A stretch of DNA of 64,000 bases, taken from NCBI GenBank assembly GCA_965649765.1, contig OZ287748.1, positions 48,856,001-48,920,000 on the forward strand. Direction: 5' to 3'. Each line of letters begins with the position of its first letter. The first letter of the stretch is position 1. Source of the DNA: Bispira polyomma (Eukaryota). Below the pieces are notes generated by a model, which saw only the letters and a program-made list of their open reading frames with translations, was not told where the DNA came from and did no database searches. The position numbers and the translations under genes were made by a program. Below, in pieces: positions 63,415 through 64,000 of this stretch.

Positions 63415-63710
63415 TTATACATTTGTATTTATAGAACACAGGGTCCTTCCTCATGGGCAGCCACTATGGGCGCCGAGGTGCTTGAGGATGAACATTTATC
63501 AACGTCCCCAAGGATCTTTAATCTGCCACTGGAGATATTACTCAGTGACAGAGGACCGCCATTTTAAGCGGTCATCCGAGCTACTAGGCCAACTTGTGTT
63601 CACATCTTGACTAAGGATGTTATCCCACCAAATGAAACTATCAGCCTGTACCGGGACTTGAACCGGGGACCTTCTGATCATCAGACTGAAGAAGTGCTAC
63701 AATTTCTTTG
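63415..63710 (-). mobile_element. tRNA-derived SINE with Nin/Deu-like central domain
   Basis: B box ggttcaagtccc, then ctcggatgaccgcttaaaatggcggtcc..gtggcagattaaaagatcc resembling the Deu/Nin domain; tail ctataaatacaaatg. Confidence 0.65.
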
Positions 63711-64000
63711 TTCACCTTGTTTAGAGGCCTGCAAATATTAAGCTCTAAGAGTTCACTTCTATTGTATGGTTTCACAGCCACAACCAAAATCACTAGCACA
63801 ACGAGTGTCAAGTGAAAACACCACATATCCAATAACAAGATCTAATCAATGACAAGTGATAAGAAGTGTCCATTCACCCCGTGTTTACTTGTAGAAATTA
63901 TTCCAGCCTGAAAAAAAATATCACCAAAATTTCTTGAAACAAACAACATCAATTTTGATAACAGCAATGTCACATTGTTCATATATAGTAGGCAGGCCAG

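Overview
AT-rich animal genomic DNA. The repeat repertoire suggests a lophotrochozoan, probably a mollusc; this is inference. Most of the window is decayed transposable elements and minisatellites. It holds two large Ngaro-type (DIRS-order, tyrosine recombinase) retrotransposons at ~9.7-14.9 kb and ~56.5-61.9 kb, plus three further fragments. There are also many L2 LINE relics, a Tx1/L1 relic, a cluster of PIF/Harbinger pieces (transposase and MADF accessory genes, 34-46 kb), several MITEs, a young tRNA-derived SINE family with clean target-site duplications, and a Nin/Deu-like SINE. The only convincing host protein-coding sequence is a minus-strand single coding exon (50177-50629) encoding a C11orf96/DUF4695-like protein. 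Its stop codon lies inside the first unit of a minisatellite, and an inverted SINE pair sits about 120 bp upstream of its splice acceptor. Other notable observations: the B1-A2-B2 split direct repeat of the first Ngaro element carries an array of palindromes; both Ngaro elements share a phase-1 splice acceptor right after the pol stop, suggesting spliced recombinase expression; the second element has an inverted gag segment at a SINE insertion; and there is a candidate TATA promoter with a micro-exon at 31 kb. I found no clearly novel multi-gene system and no prokaryote-type features such as CRISPR arrays or rRNA.
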